Of a stretch of DNA of 64,000 nt, positions 12,832-25,974 are shown piece after piece; within the stretch, counting starts at the first letter, position 1, and each line of letters opens with the position of its first letter. The translations under genes and the position numbers were made by a program. The notes beneath the pieces were generated by a model. It saw only the letters and a list, made by a program, of their open reading frames with translations. It did not search any database and was not told the DNA's origin. Source of the stretch: Hypanus sabinus (lineage: Eukaryota); contig NC_082710.1 of NCBI RefSeq assembly GCF_030144855.1, positions 183,644,001 to 183,708,000 of the forward strand, in the 5' to 3' direction.

Positions 12832-14097
12832 CAAAGGGAGGGAGAGGTAGAAGGGCGGGGTTTGAGGGAAAGAGGAGAAGCAGATAGGGGGGAATGGGGG
12901 AAGAGAGAGGGTGAGAAAGAGAGGCAGAGGAGAGAGAGAGAGGCGGGGAGGAGAGGGAGGGGGAAGGGGAGAAGGGAGAGGGGGAAGGGGAGAAGGGAGA
13001 GGGGGAAGGGGAAGGGGAGAAGGGGAAGAGGGGAAGAAAGTCGAGGGAAGAGAGGAGAAAGAGGGGCAAAAGGGGAGAGGGAGAGGTAGAAAGGCAGGGG
13101 TTTTTGAGGGAAAGAGGAGAAGCAGATAGGTGGGGAATGGGGGAGAGAGGGGGAAGAGGGGAGAGGGGGAAGAGGGGAGAAAGAGGCAAAAGGGGAGAGA
13201 GAGAGAGGTGGGAAGAAGGGAGACGTGGGAAGAGGAGAAAGGGGGAGGGGGAGTGGGGTGAAGAGCAGAGATGGTGGGGAGAGGGGGAAGAGGGAGGAGT
13301 GGGGCAGTGGAGATGGTGGGAAGGGGGAGTGGGGCGAAGAGCGGAGATGGTGGGTAGAGGGAGAGGGAAGGGGAGAGGGGGAGGGGAAGAGGGGAGAGAG
13401 AAAGGGGCAAAAGGGGAGAGAGGGGAGAGGTAGAAAGGCAGGGAGAAGCAGATAGGTGGGGAATGGGGGAGAGGGGGAAGAGGGGAAGAAAGTCAAGGGA
13501 AGAGGGAAGAAAGGCAAAAAGGGAGAGAGAGGGGCAAGGGAGAAAGAGAGGGGAAGAAGGGAGAGAGATGTGAGAAGAGGAGAAAGTGGGGAGTGGGGCG
13601 AAGAGCAGAGATAGTGGGTAGAGGGGGAGAGGGGGGAAGGGGGAGGAGTGGAGATGGTTGGAAGGGGGAGTGGGGGAACAGCTGAGATGGTGGGAAGGGG
13701 AGGGGGCAAGAGGGAGAAGAGGGGAGAGTGCGGTGGGGAATGGGGGAGAGAGAGGGAAGAGGTGGGGGAAGAGGGGTGAGGGAGAGAGAGGTGGGGGAAA
13801 AGGGGGACAGAGAGAGAGAGGGGGGAAAGGAGAGGGGGAAGGGGAAAGAGGGGTGAGAGGAGGAAAGGGAGGGTGAGAGGTGGGGAAGAGGGGAGAGAGA
13901 GGGGAAGGGGAGAGGGGAAGACAGGAGAGAGAGGGGCAAGAGGGGAGAGGGGGAAGACAGGAGAGAGAGGGGCAAGAGGGGAGAGGTGGGGGAAGAGGGG
14001 TGAGGGAGAGAGAGAGGTGGGGGGGAAAGGGGGACAGAGAGAGGGGGGAGGGAGAGAGTGGGGTGGAGGGGAGGGAGAGGCAGGAGGAAGAGGGGCC
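12832..14097. repeat. Polypurine (G/A) low-complexity tract with internal duplications
   Basis: About 1.27 kb of nearly pure G/A; the motif gaggtagaa(a)ggc..gg...gagaagcagatag..ggggaatgggg recurs three times. Confidence 0.9.
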
Positions 14098-14164
14098 TGT
14101 AATGTGCCGTAGGTTTCTATGTTCTATATATGTTCATTTAATAATGTGCCACACATGAGGCTGC

Positions 14165-16010
14165 TTAACAAGATAAAATCCTTTAGCATTGCAGGGGAGA
14201 TACTGGCATGGACAGAGAAATGGCTGACAGGCAGGAGATAGCAAGTGGAAATAAAAGGAGCCTTTTCTTGTTGGCTGCCAGTGACTAGTGGTGTTCCTCA
14301 GGGGTCAAAATTGGGAGAGTCTGATATCACTCACTGAGTGAGTGAGTAAGGGTCTGGCAGATGTAGTACAATGTTGGCAAATGTGAGGTCATCCACTTCA
14401 GAAAGAGAACTGAAAGATCAGATTATTCTTTAAATGGTAAAAAAAATTGCGGCATGCTGCTGTGCAGAGGGACTTGGGAGTGCTCGTGCATGAATCACAA
14501 AAGGCTGGTTTGCAGGTGTAGCAGGTTATCAAGAAGACAAATGAAATGTTGGCCTTCATTGCTAGAGGGATTAAATTTAAGAGCAGGGGGGTTATGCTGC
14601 AACTGTACAGGGTACTGGAGAGGCTGCACCTGGAGTACTGTGTGCAGTTCCGGTCTCCCTACTTGGAGAAAGATACACTGGCTTTGGAAGCAGTCCAGAG
14701 CAGGTTCACCAGGTTGATTCCAGAGATGAGGGGGTTAGACTATGAGGAGAGATTAAATCGCCTGAGACTGTACTTGCTAGAATTCAGAAGAATGAGTGGA
14801 GATCTTGAGCATGTCGATATTAAGGAAGAGGATGTGCGACAGTTTTTGGAAAGCATCAAGTTGGGTAAGTCACCGGGACCGGACGGGATGTACCCCAGGC
14901 CACTGTGGAGGCAAGGGTGGTGATTGCTGAGCCCCGGCGGTGATCTTTGCATCATCAATGGGGACGGGAAAGGTGTGAGAGTTATGGGTGTTGTTTCCTT
15001 ATTCAAGAGAGGGAGTAGAGATAGCCCAGAAAATTAGAGGCCAGTGAGACTTACTTCAGTGGTTGGTAAGTTGATGGAGAAGATCCTGAGAGGCAGGATT
15101 TATGAACATTTGGAGAAGCATGATATGATTAGGAGTAGTCAGCATGGCTTTGGCAAAGGCAGGTTGTGCTTTACAAGCCTGATTGAATTTTTTGATGATG
15201 TGACTAAACACATTGATGAAGGAAGAGCAGTAGATGTGGTGTATATGGATTTCAGCAAGGCATTTGATAAGGTAACACATGCAAGGCTTATTGAGAAAGT
15301 AAGGAGGCATGGGATCCAAGGGGACATTCCTTGTGGATCCAGAGCTGACTTGCCCACAGAAAGCAAAAAGTGGTTGTAGATGGGTTATATTCTGCATGGA
15401 GGTGGATGACTAGTGGTGTGCCTCAGGTATCTGTTCTGGGACCCTTACTCCGTGATTTTATTAATGATCTGGATGAGGAATTGGAGGGATGGGATAGTAA
15501 ATCTGCTGATGAGAAAAGCTCAGGGTGTTGTGGGTAGTGTTACAGTGGCTGTCAGAGGTTACAATGGGACATTGATGGGATGCACAACTGGGCTGAGAAG
15601 TGGCAGATGGAATTCAACCCGGATAAATGTAAAGTGGTTTAGTTTGGCAGGTCAAATATGATGGCAGAATATAGTATTAATGGTAAGATTCTTGGAGGTG
15701 TGGAGGATCAGAAGGATCTTGGCGTCTGGGTCCGTAGGACACTCAAAGCTGCTGCATAGGTTGTCTCTGTGGTTAACAAGGCATGGTGTATTGGCCTTCA
15801 TCAATCATGGGATTGAATTTAGGAGCTGAGAGGTAATGTTGCAGCTACATAGGACCCTGGTCAGACCCCACTTGGAGTACTGTGCTCAGTTCTGGTCGCC
15901 TCACTACCGTAAGAATGTGGAAACCATAGAAGGGGTGCAGAGGAGATTTATAAGGATGTTGCCTGGATTGGGGAGCATGCCTTATGAGAATAGACAATAG
16001 ATGCAGAAGT
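14165..16010 (+). mobile_element. CR1 LINE ORF2 fragments (at least two pieces)
   Basis: Translations include MLAFIARGIKFKSR..LEYCVQF and SQHGFGKGRLCFTSLIEFFDDVTK..VDVVYMDFSKAFDKV. Confidence 0.9.
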
Positions 16011-16059
16011 AGACCATTCGGCCCCTCGAGTCTGCACCGCCATTCTGAGATCATGGCTG

Positions 16060-17340
16060 ATCATTCACTATCAATACCCAGTCCCTGCCTTGTCCCCATA
16101 TCCCTTGATTCCCCTATCCATCAGATATCTATCTAGCTCCTTCTTGAAAGCATCCAGAGAATTGGCCTCCACTGTCTTCCGAGGCAGTGCATTCCACACC
16201 TCCACAACTCTCTAGGAGAAGAAGTTTTTCCTCAACTCTGTTTTAAATAACTAACCTCTTATTCTCAATCCATGCCCTCTGGTACTGGACTCTCCCAACA
16301 GCTGGAACATATTTCCTGCCTCAATCCTATCAAATCCTTTAATTATCTTAAACGTTATCTCAATCAGATCCCCTCTCAATCTCCTCAATTCCAGTGTGTA
16401 CAAGCGTAAGACAGCCCTGCCATCCCAGGAATCAACCTAGTGAATCTACACTGCACTTCCTCAATTGCCAGAATGTCCTTCCTTAAACCTGGAGACCAAA
16501 ACTGTACACAATATTCCAGGTGTGGTCTTACCAGGGCCCTGTACAAATGCAAAAGGACATCCTTGCTCTTGTACTCAATTCCCCTTGTAATAAAGGCCAA
16601 CATTCCATTTGCCCTCTTCACTGCCTGTTGCACTTGCTCATTCACCTTCATTGACTGATGAACTAGGACTCCTAAGTCTCTTTGCATTTCTCCCTTACCT
16701 AACTCTACACCATTCAGACAATACTCTGCCCTCTTGTTCCTGCTTCCAAAGTGGATAATTTCACATTTATTCACTTTGAAAGACATCTACCAAGTATCTG
16801 CCCACTCACTCAGCCTATCCAAGTCTCCCTGTATTCTCCTAACGTCCTCTTCACATGTCACACTGCCACCCAGTTTAGTATCGTCAGCAAACTTGCTGAT
16901 ATAGTTTTCAATGCCCTCATCTAAATCATTGACATAAATTGTAAAGAGCTGTGGTCCCAATACAGAGCCCTGTGGTACCCCACTAGTCACCTCCAGCCAG
17001 TCCGAGAAACACCCATTCACTGCTACCCTTTGCTTTCTATCTGCCAACCAGTTTTCTATCCATGTTGAAACCCTGCCCCCAATGCCATGAGCTCTGATTT
17101 TACTCACCAATCTCCTATGTGGCACCTTATCGAATGCCTTCTGAAAATCTAGGTACACTACATCCACTGGCTTACCCTCGTCTAACATCCCTGTTACACC
17201 CTCAAAAAACTCCAACAGATTAGTCAAGCATGATTTGCCCTTGGTAAATCCATGCTGGCTCGGCCTAATCCTATTACTGCCATCAAGATGTGCCACTATT
17301 TCGTCCTTAATAATGGACTCAAGCATCTTCCCCATGACTG
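16060..17340 (-). mobile_element. CR1 LINE RT region and 3' end
   Basis: Translations include SQHGFTKGKSCLTNLLEFFE..YLDFQKAFDKVPH..SGVPQGSVLGP..FADDTKL and ALVRPHLEYCVQFW. Confidence 0.92.
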
Positions 17341-18141
17341 ACGTGAGCGATGGAGGATGAGAGGTGACGCGATAGTGGTGTACAAGATGATGAGAGGCAT
17401 TGATCGTGTGGATAGTAAGAAGCTTTTTCCCAGGGCTGAAATGGCTTGAGAGGGCACAGTTTTAAGGTGCTTGGAAGTAGGTACAGAGGAAATGTCAGGG
17501 GTAATTTTTTTACACAGAGATTAGTGAGTGTGTGGAATGGGCTGCCGGCAACGGTGGTGGAGGGGGATACGATGGGGTCTTTTAAGAGACTTTTAGATAG
17601 GTACATGGAGCTTAGAAAAATAGAGGACTGTTTGTACCGTAGGTAATTTCTCAGGTAAGGACATGTTTGGCACAACTTTGTGGGTCGAAAGGTCTTTATT
17701 GTGCTGTAGGTTTTCTATGTTTCTACCTTATAGAAACATATAAAATTATGAAGGGGATAAGATAGAGGCAGGAAAGATGTTTCCACTGATAGGCGAGTCT
17801 AGAATCGGGGGCGTAGGCTCAAGATTCGGAGGAGATGAGGAACTGCTTTTCTCTGAGTGGTGAATCTGAAATTCTCTGCCAATGAAGCAGTGGAAGCTGC
17901 CTCAGTCAGTATTTTAAGACAAGGTGGATAAGTTTTTTTCACAGTCTGGTTGGAGTTCCAATCCTACTCCTGCTCCTATAGGAGGGCCTCGGCATCAGGC
18001 ATTCAGGGACAGTTGGGGTTTCCCGTCACTCCAGCTACTTTCCCCAGGCCGTAAAGAAACACTTTTGAACTAGGCGTTCCTCGTTTTGTGCTTATTATGC
18101 GGCCCAGGACGGGCGTTCACTTCCTAAAAGCAGATCAGAAC

Positions 18142-18820
18142 CAGGGCTGGATTAACTAGTGGCAAAAGTAGCATATGCTACGGGCCCCGCATTTTCGAGG
18201 GCCCCGCCCGCACTAATTGCTTGCAAGCCGCAGTCTGGTGAAATCGGCTTCTGTTAGAGTGAGTTTTGGGTCGACGATACATGTACACTTAAATCAATGA
18301 CGTCTTCTGTTCTTTCACCAAGTAAAATGGATTGAGTTCATAATGGCGCATTTCCTAAAAGCTCTGAACCAAGTTTCATTCTGATAATAAAATTTACTAT
18401 GTACTTTAAGTTTTGGGGAAATTCCTTTGATTCTTAGAACAAATATAGACTTCCAGCTCCCGGTAGCAGTCCGTCCTCAAACACACTCTCAGCCAATCAG
18501 CGCGTACCACTGGGAGAAACATGCACTCATTGGTTGAGGAGTGGCAGTGGGTGGGACGGTGTGCTGGAACAAATTTGCTTATGTAAAATATAGAAAATCT
18601 AAATTTAAATTGTAGTTTTGCAATTTTTACACATTTGAAATTGATACGTACATGTAAACAATACTGTTACTGAAGTGTCGTATTATCTGGCTGTACAGCA
18701 AATGAAAAAATTGAATTGCTTTACAATGCAACGAAATAATTTATATTTTGGTACTTAAATATGCATTTTTTAAAATTTAGGGCCCCTTTATAACATATGC
18801 TACGGCTTAATCCGGCCCTG
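18142..18820. mobile_element. hAT-type MITE (679 bp)
   Basis: TIRs CAGGGCTGGATTAA / TTAATCCGGCCCTG; 8-bp flanks atcagaac / ctcggaac (6/8 match). Confidence 0.8.
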
Positions 18821-18989
18821 CTCGGAACACAGGGTGAATGGACGATCTTTTCAGAAAGCTCTCTCCAACTTTCTCCTTGCAGGCTCGCACTCCGCTCCTC
18901 CCAGTAGGAGTATTTGTACCCCACAGGAACTCTTCAGGCAACACACACAAAATGCTGGTGGAACACAGCAGGCCAGGCATTTCTGTTCC

Positions 18990-21752
18990 ATAATTTCACA
19001 CTGGTATCACACCCCCACACCTCTCCCTGTGTGTAATAATCATCTAATTTCACACTGGTATCAGACCCCCACACCTCTCCCTGTGTCTAATAATCATCTA
19101 ATTTCACACTGGTATCACACCCCCACACCTCTCCCTGTGTCTAATGATCATCTAATTTCACACTGATATCAGACCCCCACACCTCTCCCTGTGTCTAATG
19201 ATCATCTAATTTCACACTGATATCAGACCCCCACACCTCTCCCTGTGTCTAATAATCATCTAATTTCACACTGGTATCAGACCCCCACACCTCTCCCTGT
19301 GTCTAATAATCATCTAATTTCACACTGATATCGGACCCCCACACCTCTCCCTGTGTGTAATAATCATCTAATTTCACACTGATATCAGACCCCCACACCT
19401 CTCCCTAATAATCATCTAATTTCACACTGATATCAGACCCCCACACCTCTCCGTGTCTAATAATCATCTAATTTCACACTGATATCAGACCCCCACACCT
19501 CTCCCTGTGTCTAATAATCATCTAATTTCACACTGGTATCAGACCCCCACACCTCTCCCTGTGTCTAATAATCATCTAATTTCACACTGATATCAGACCC
19601 CCACACCTCTCCCTGTGTCTAATAATCATCTAATTTCACACTGATATCAGACCCCCACACCTCTCCCCGTGTGTAATAATCATCTAATTTCACACTGATA
19701 TCAGACCCCCACACCTCTCCCTGTGTAAATAATCATCTAATTTCACACGGGTATCAGACCCCCACACCTCTCCCCGTGTGTAATAATCATCTAATTTCAC
19801 ACTGATATCAGACCCCCACACCTCTCCCTGTGTAAATAATCATCTAATTTCACACTGGTATCAGACCCCCACACCTCTCCCTGTGTCTAATAATCATCTA
19901 ATTTCACACTGATATCAGACCCCCACACCTCTCCCTGTGTAAATAATCATCTAATTTCACACTGGTATCAGACCCCCACACCTCTCCCCGTGTGTAATAA
20001 TCATCTAATTTCACACTGGTATCAGACCCCCACACCTCTCCCTGTGTCTAATAATCATCTAATTTCACACTGATATCAGACCCCCACACCTCTCCCTGTG
20101 TCTAATAATCATCTAATTTCACACTGGTATCAGACCCCCACACCTCTCCCCGTGTAAATAATCATCTAATTTCACACTGATATCAGACCCCCACACCTCT
20201 CCCCGTGTGTAATAATCATCTAATTTCACACTGGTATCAGACCCCCACACCTCTCCCCGTGTAAATAATCATCTAATTTCACACTGGTATCAGACCCCCA
20301 CACCTCTCCCCGTGTGTAATAATCATCTAATTTCACACTGGTATCAGGCCCCCACACCTCTCCCTGTGTCTAATAATCATCTAATTTCACACTGATATCA
20401 GACCCCCACACCTCTCCCTGTGTCTAATAATCATCTAATTTCACACTGATATCAGACCCCCACACCTCTCCCTGTGTCTAATAATCATCTAATTTCACAC
20501 TGGTATCGGACCCCCACACCTCTCCCTGTGTCTAATGATCATCTAATTTCACACTGGTATCAGACCCCCACACCTCTCCCTGTGTCTAATGATCATCTAA
20601 TTTCACACTGATATCAGACCCCCACACCTCTCCCTGTGTCTAATAATCATCTAATTTCACACTGGTATCGGACCCCCACACCTCTCCCCGTGTCTAATAA
20701 TCATCTAATTTCACACTGATATCAGACCCCCACACCTCTCCCTGTGTCTAATAATCATCTAATTTCACACTGGTATCAGACCCCCACACCTCTCCCTGTG
20801 TAAATAATCATCTAATTTCACACTGATATCAGACCCCCACACCTCTCCCTGTGTGTAATAATCATCTAATTTCACACTGATATCAGACCCCCACACCTCT
20901 CCCTGTGTCTAATAATCATCTAATTTCACACTGATATCAGACCCCCACACCTCTCCCTGTGTCTAATAATCATCTAATTTCACACTGGTATCGGACCCCC
21001 ACACCTCTCCCTGTGTCTAATGATCATCTAATTTCACACTGGTATCAGACCCCCACACCTCTCCCTGTGTCTAATAATCATCTAATTTCACACTGGTATC
21101 AGACCCCCACACCTCTCCCTGTGTCTAATGATCATCTAATTTCACACTGATATCAGACCCCCACACCTCTCCCTGTGTCTAATGATCATCTAATTTCACA
21201 CTGGTATCGGACCCCCACACCTCTCCCCGTGTGTAATAATCATCTAATTTCACACTGGTATCAGACCCCCACACCTCTCCCTGTGTCTAATAATCATCTA
21301 ATTTCACACTGATATCAGACCCCCACACCTCTCCCCGTGTGTAATAATCATCTAATTTCACACTGATATCAGACCCCCACACCTCTCCCTGTGTGTAATA
21401 ATCATCTAATTTCACACTGATATCAGACCCCCACACCTCTCCCTGTGTCTAATAATCATCTAATTTCACACTGGTATCAGACCCCCACACCTCTCCCTGT
21501 GTCTAATAATCATCTAATTTCACACTGGTATCGGACCCCCACACCTCTCCCTGTCTAATAATCATCTAATTTCACACTGATATCAGACCCCCACACCTCT
21601 CCCTGTGTCTAATAATCATCTAATTTCACACTGGTATCGGACCCCCACACCTCTCCCTGTGTCTAATAATCATCTAATTTCACACTGGTATCAGACCCCC
21701 ACAACTCTCCCTGTGTGTAATAATCATCAATTTCACACTGGTATCGGACCCC
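18990..21752. repeat. Tandem array, 54-bp unit (about 51 copies)
   Basis: Unit aatttcacactggtatcagacccccacacctctccctgtgtctaataatcatct. Confidence 0.95.
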
Positions 21753-22346
21753 TGTATCTAACAGGTTAATGAATTCCCTGCCACCACCATGATCTCATGA
21801 CTAGGACCACCAGCTGTTTACTGTTCACCTGTGCTGTGCACGACATGCATTTTGAATTAACTTTCATTCACGTATTTCTGGTAATATTTTGTTCCTATGT
21901 GCTGTGTGTTTAGCGGGCGCTCTGTGGTCCCGATGAACATTGTTTTCTTTTGTTGTATATACAGTATGTATTGTCAGATGACAAGAAACTTGAACTTTCA
22001 CTCTCTTGTCTCCACCTTTCTCTCACCCCGACTCCATCGGCCAGTCAAACCCACCTCGTCTGGATCCACCCATCACGTGCCAACTTTCATCCCATGTAGT
22101 GTAATCGCTAGCGTAACACTATTACAGCACCAATGACCCAGGTTCAATTCCCGCTGCTGTCTCCGAGGAGTCTGTACATTTCCCCTTTGACCACATGGAT
22201 TTCCTCCCACATTCCAAAGAATGGGTTAGGGTTCGTAATTAGAATTACTTTATTGCAAGTCTGTGAAACGGACCAAAATTGATTGTGGTTCAAATCAAAC
22301 ACAAAACACAGGGCAGTACCAGACAGAACAGACAATACTACATTTG

Positions 22347-22490
22347 CAACACGCTGGAGGAACTCAGCAGGTCGGGCAGCATCCGTGGAAACGAACAGTT
22401 AACATTTCGGGCCGAGACACTTCAGCCCTGACGAAGGGCTGTTCATTTCCACGGACGCTGCCCGACCTGCTGACTTCCTCCAACGTGTTG
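22347..22490. repeat. Palindromic short element (52-bp arms, 40-bp spacer), Penelope-derived family
   Basis: 22347-22398 is the reverse complement of 22439-22490 with 4 mismatches; the spacer carries hammerhead-like fragments (ctgacgaaggg; tttcgggccgagac). Confidence 0.75.
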
Positions 22491-22539
22491 TACGTGTTGC
22501 TTTGACCACAGTATCTGCAGAGTATTTTGTGTTTACAAT

Positions 22540-23300
22540 ATTACATTGATTGGCCTTATCTCAAATAATAACGAGGCAGGCTATAGAGATGAAGTCTTCA
22601 CCCCGACACAGTGGTGTCGAGAGAAAATCTCTCCTTCAATGTCACAAAAACAAAGGAGCTGGTTGTGGACTACAGGAGGAATGAGACAGACATCAATGCA
22701 TCTGGGATTGAGAGGGTTAACAGCTTTAAGTTCCTCAGCATCCACATCACCGGGCATTACACATCACATGGTCTGTACAGACTGACTGTGTGGTGTAAAA
22801 AGCACAACAGTGTTTCTTTCACCTCAGACGGTTGAAGAAGTTTGGCATGAGTCCCCAGATCCTAAGGACTTTCTACAGGGGCACAATTGAGAGCATCCTG
22901 ACTGGCTGCATCACTGCCTGGTACGGGAACTGTACCTCCCTTAATCGCAGAACTCTGCAGAGAGTGGTGTGGACTGCCCAGCGCATCTGTAGTTGTGAAC
23001 TTCCCACTGTGCAGGACATTTACAGTGACAGGTGTGTAAAAAGGGCCCGTAGTCACCCCAACCACAAACTGTTCCAGCTGCTACCATCCGGGAAACCGTA
23101 CCACATAAAGGCCGGAACCAACAGGCTCCGGGACAGCTTCTTCCACCAGGCCATCAGACTGATTAACTCACACTTATATTGACTGTCCTGTTGTACATAC
23201 TGTTTATTACAAATTACTATAAATTTCACATTGCACATTCAGACGGAGGACATAACATGAAGATTTTTATTCCTCATGTATATGAAAGATGTAAAAAATA
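22540..23300 (+). mobile_element. Rex1/Babar-type LINE 3' fragment
   Basis: Translation FYRGTIESILTGCITAWYGNC...LQRVV..AQRI...HP..KLFQLLPSG...RLRDSFFHQAIRL. Confidence 0.85.
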
Positions 23301-23887
23301 AAGTCAATTCAATAGCAACCAACAATTACAAGACAATAGTACAAACAGCCACGAGCAATCAACAATTACTGGAACGGTCACAGGCACAAAGATCAATAAT
23401 CACACTTAAATAACAGGACAAGGAGAGCTGAACGACCATTTAACTAACGGACGTTGTGCAGGGGCAGTTAGAGTGCTACACCTGAGTGAGTTTTGTTGAG
23501 AAGCTGGAGAGATGACAAGCAGCACATCGACATGAAACACCGTCATCAGAGATCCTCAGCTCTACCCAGGCCGTGCTCGTTTCCCACTGCTGTCATCGGG
23601 CAGAAGATACTCGCACCGCCAGGTCCTACAACAGTTACTACCCCTCAACCATCACGCTCTTAAACTAAGGGGAGAGCTACACTCTTATGGAATTGAAAAA
23701 TTCCTGCAACCAATGATCTCACTTTGAAGACTCTTTATCTTGTTATCTCATGTTCTCGTTATTTATTGCTATTCATTTATATTTGCATTTGCACAGTTTG
23801 TTGTCTTCTGCACTCTGGTTGATCTTTCACTGATGCTGTTACAGTAATTATTCTAACGATTTGTGTATGCCCACAAGAAAGTGAATA

Positions 23888-23920
<33 letters not shown>

Positions 23921-24690
23921 CGCGCTTTGATAATAAAGTTTACTCTGAACGTTACTCCTGGAGGTGATGGTAATTTGGTGAAGAGGTGAAAGCATCCGTG
24001 TTGTCCCAGTTCTGCTCACCAGACGTAGAATACCTTGCAATTACAGCACGTGCCGTCCATTTTACCCGCCACGGGGCATTTCTGTGATCATTTTGGTAGT
24101 GGTGTACATTCCAGCTCAGGCCAATGTCAAACAGGCTCTGGATGATCAATATGCACAAAACAGCACATCCCCACACCTTCACCATCACTTTGGGGATTTT
24201 AACCAGGCCACTTTGAAAAAGTCACTAAATAATTACCATCAACAAATCACCTGTAGTACCCGAGGAAATAACACACTGGAACACTGTTACACCTCCATCA
24301 CCAGGCTATCCCACATCCTCACGTCGGGAATACTGATCACCCGGCTGTACTTCTACTCCCTGAGTTCAGGCAGAGACTGAAGACTGCAGCACCAGCAGTG
24401 TGGACCACGAGGGTATGGACAAGGGAAGCACAGGAGCGCCTACAGGACTGGACTGTATTCAGGAATTCTCCTTCGAGCCTGCATGAGTATGCTGCAGTTG
24501 TTCCCGACTTCATTAAAACCTGTGTGGATGAGTGTCCTATGAAAACTTGATGTACATTCCCAAACCAAAAGCCGTAATGAACCAGGAGGAAACACGAGGA
24601 AATCTGCAGGTGCTGGAAATTCAAACAACAACACACACAAAATGCTGGTAGAACACAGCAGGCCAGGCAGCATCTATGAGGAGAAGCACT

Positions 24691-24724
24691 GTCGACGTTT
24701 CAGGCCGAGACCCTTCGTCAGGAC
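24691..24724 (-). ncRNA. Minimal type I hammerhead ribozyme motif inside a Penelope-derived repeat
   Basis: Minus strand GTC-CTGACGA-AGG(GTCTCGG)CCT-GAAA-CGTC-GAC: stem I GTC/GAC, intact core, stem II AGG/CCT, palindromic ACGT in place of stem III. Confidence 0.55.
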
Positions 24725-24739
24725 TCAAACACTAACATA

Positions 24740-25925
24740 TCAAGGACCTCAGCTACTCCCACATCCGCTCCGAAAACTCTCACGACAAGTAGCTTTCGTA
24801 CGGGTAGTCATCAGAACTCTTGGACACCGAGCGGCGTCAAATGGTTGTGGAAAGATCAGACTTTTCTGCCCTCGCTGAAACACCCCTCCCCTGCCATCAC
24901 ACCCCTCCTTCGGCTCGCTCTGCCGACACGAGAGCAACTCCGCCCTCTGCAACTGGAAGCTCGGCCTCCGACTTCTCGGAAAGTACGGACGGCCCCAGTG
25001 ATAACAGGCCGATCCACTCCCGTTGCGCCAGCGCTATTCTGAACTAACGCTACGTCTTTTCCCGTCGCTTGGTCAAACTTTCGTTTCCTGATCATAACTT
25101 TCCCTCTTGCTTTAACAGTGCTTAAAACCCCAATCAACAATTCACGCGGTGTGGCCCCCGCCCAGAGCACAAATGTTAGCTGCGTGTACTCTCTTTGAAT
25201 CGTTCGATCCCTCCGGCGTCCATATCTTTAATCACTTTCCCAGACAACAGTTCAGCTCAGGTTTAAACACAAACCTACTTAATGCTTAGAGCAATCACAC
25301 AGCAGCCATCAAACTCAATCCACGACGATACCCCTTTTACTGAGCGGCTCTACGAATAGCCCCTCACTAACAGCCCCCGGACACTGCGCCGAGTACCCAC
25401 CGCTCTCCATTTTCACTCGTTAAGGCGTCTCGGACTTTGCTCCCGCCAGATCCGTGAGGTTAGGATGTCTCGCCCACCGGTTTGTGTGATTCCTCTGCAT
25501 AGCCCGTCAGCAGGACATAACAGAACACACACTGCATAAAATTATAATGAAGTTTATTTATAAATGTTAACTTGAGTAAACAATTAGTAAAGAAGAAAAA
25601 AAACAAAAAGGGCCAGTATAATTAGACAGTCAAACTTGCAAAGGCAGAAGCTCAAATCTTCCAAAAGCCTTATTCACTGATCCCGGTAGACCTCTGCCAT
25701 CGAACCGCGTTTTCCCACCGGATCGAATCCGGTTCTCTCTTCATCTCCCGCCGAACAAAATATGACCCAGCCGTCAGGTGTCAGCCGTCTCCGGAACAGC
25801 CTCCCCGCTCCACTCTCCTGATTGGATGACCTTATCTTTAACAGCAACCCAAACACTGCTGCTAAAGGAAGCCCATGACATGAACTTCTCAGCATTGGCG
25901 GTAAAACCCTCGGCGGGGCGTTACA
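24740..25925 (-). mobile_element. Truncated Gypsy-like LTR retrotransposon: 5' LTR (about 25453-25925) plus degenerate PNMA-like gag start
   Basis: Minus strand begins TGTAACGCCCCG, AATAAA at 25553-25558, TGG just after the LTR, then MDAGGIE... / TPRELLIGVLSTVKARGKVMIRKRKFD, which resembles PNMA-type gag N-termini (by eye). Confidence 0.55.
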
Positions 25926-25974
25926 TCTGTGTAAACTATAGAGACTTCTTGCATGAAAATCCCTGGAGATAAAT

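Noticed and set aside
12645-14158. Multiple Pro/Leu/Ser-rich and Gly/Arg/Glu-rich ORFs
   Set aside because: Translations of the polypurine low-complexity tract.
18990-21752. CRISPR-like regular repeats
   Set aside because: Contiguous monomers with no unique spacers, in eukaryotic DNA; the same applies to all arrays here.
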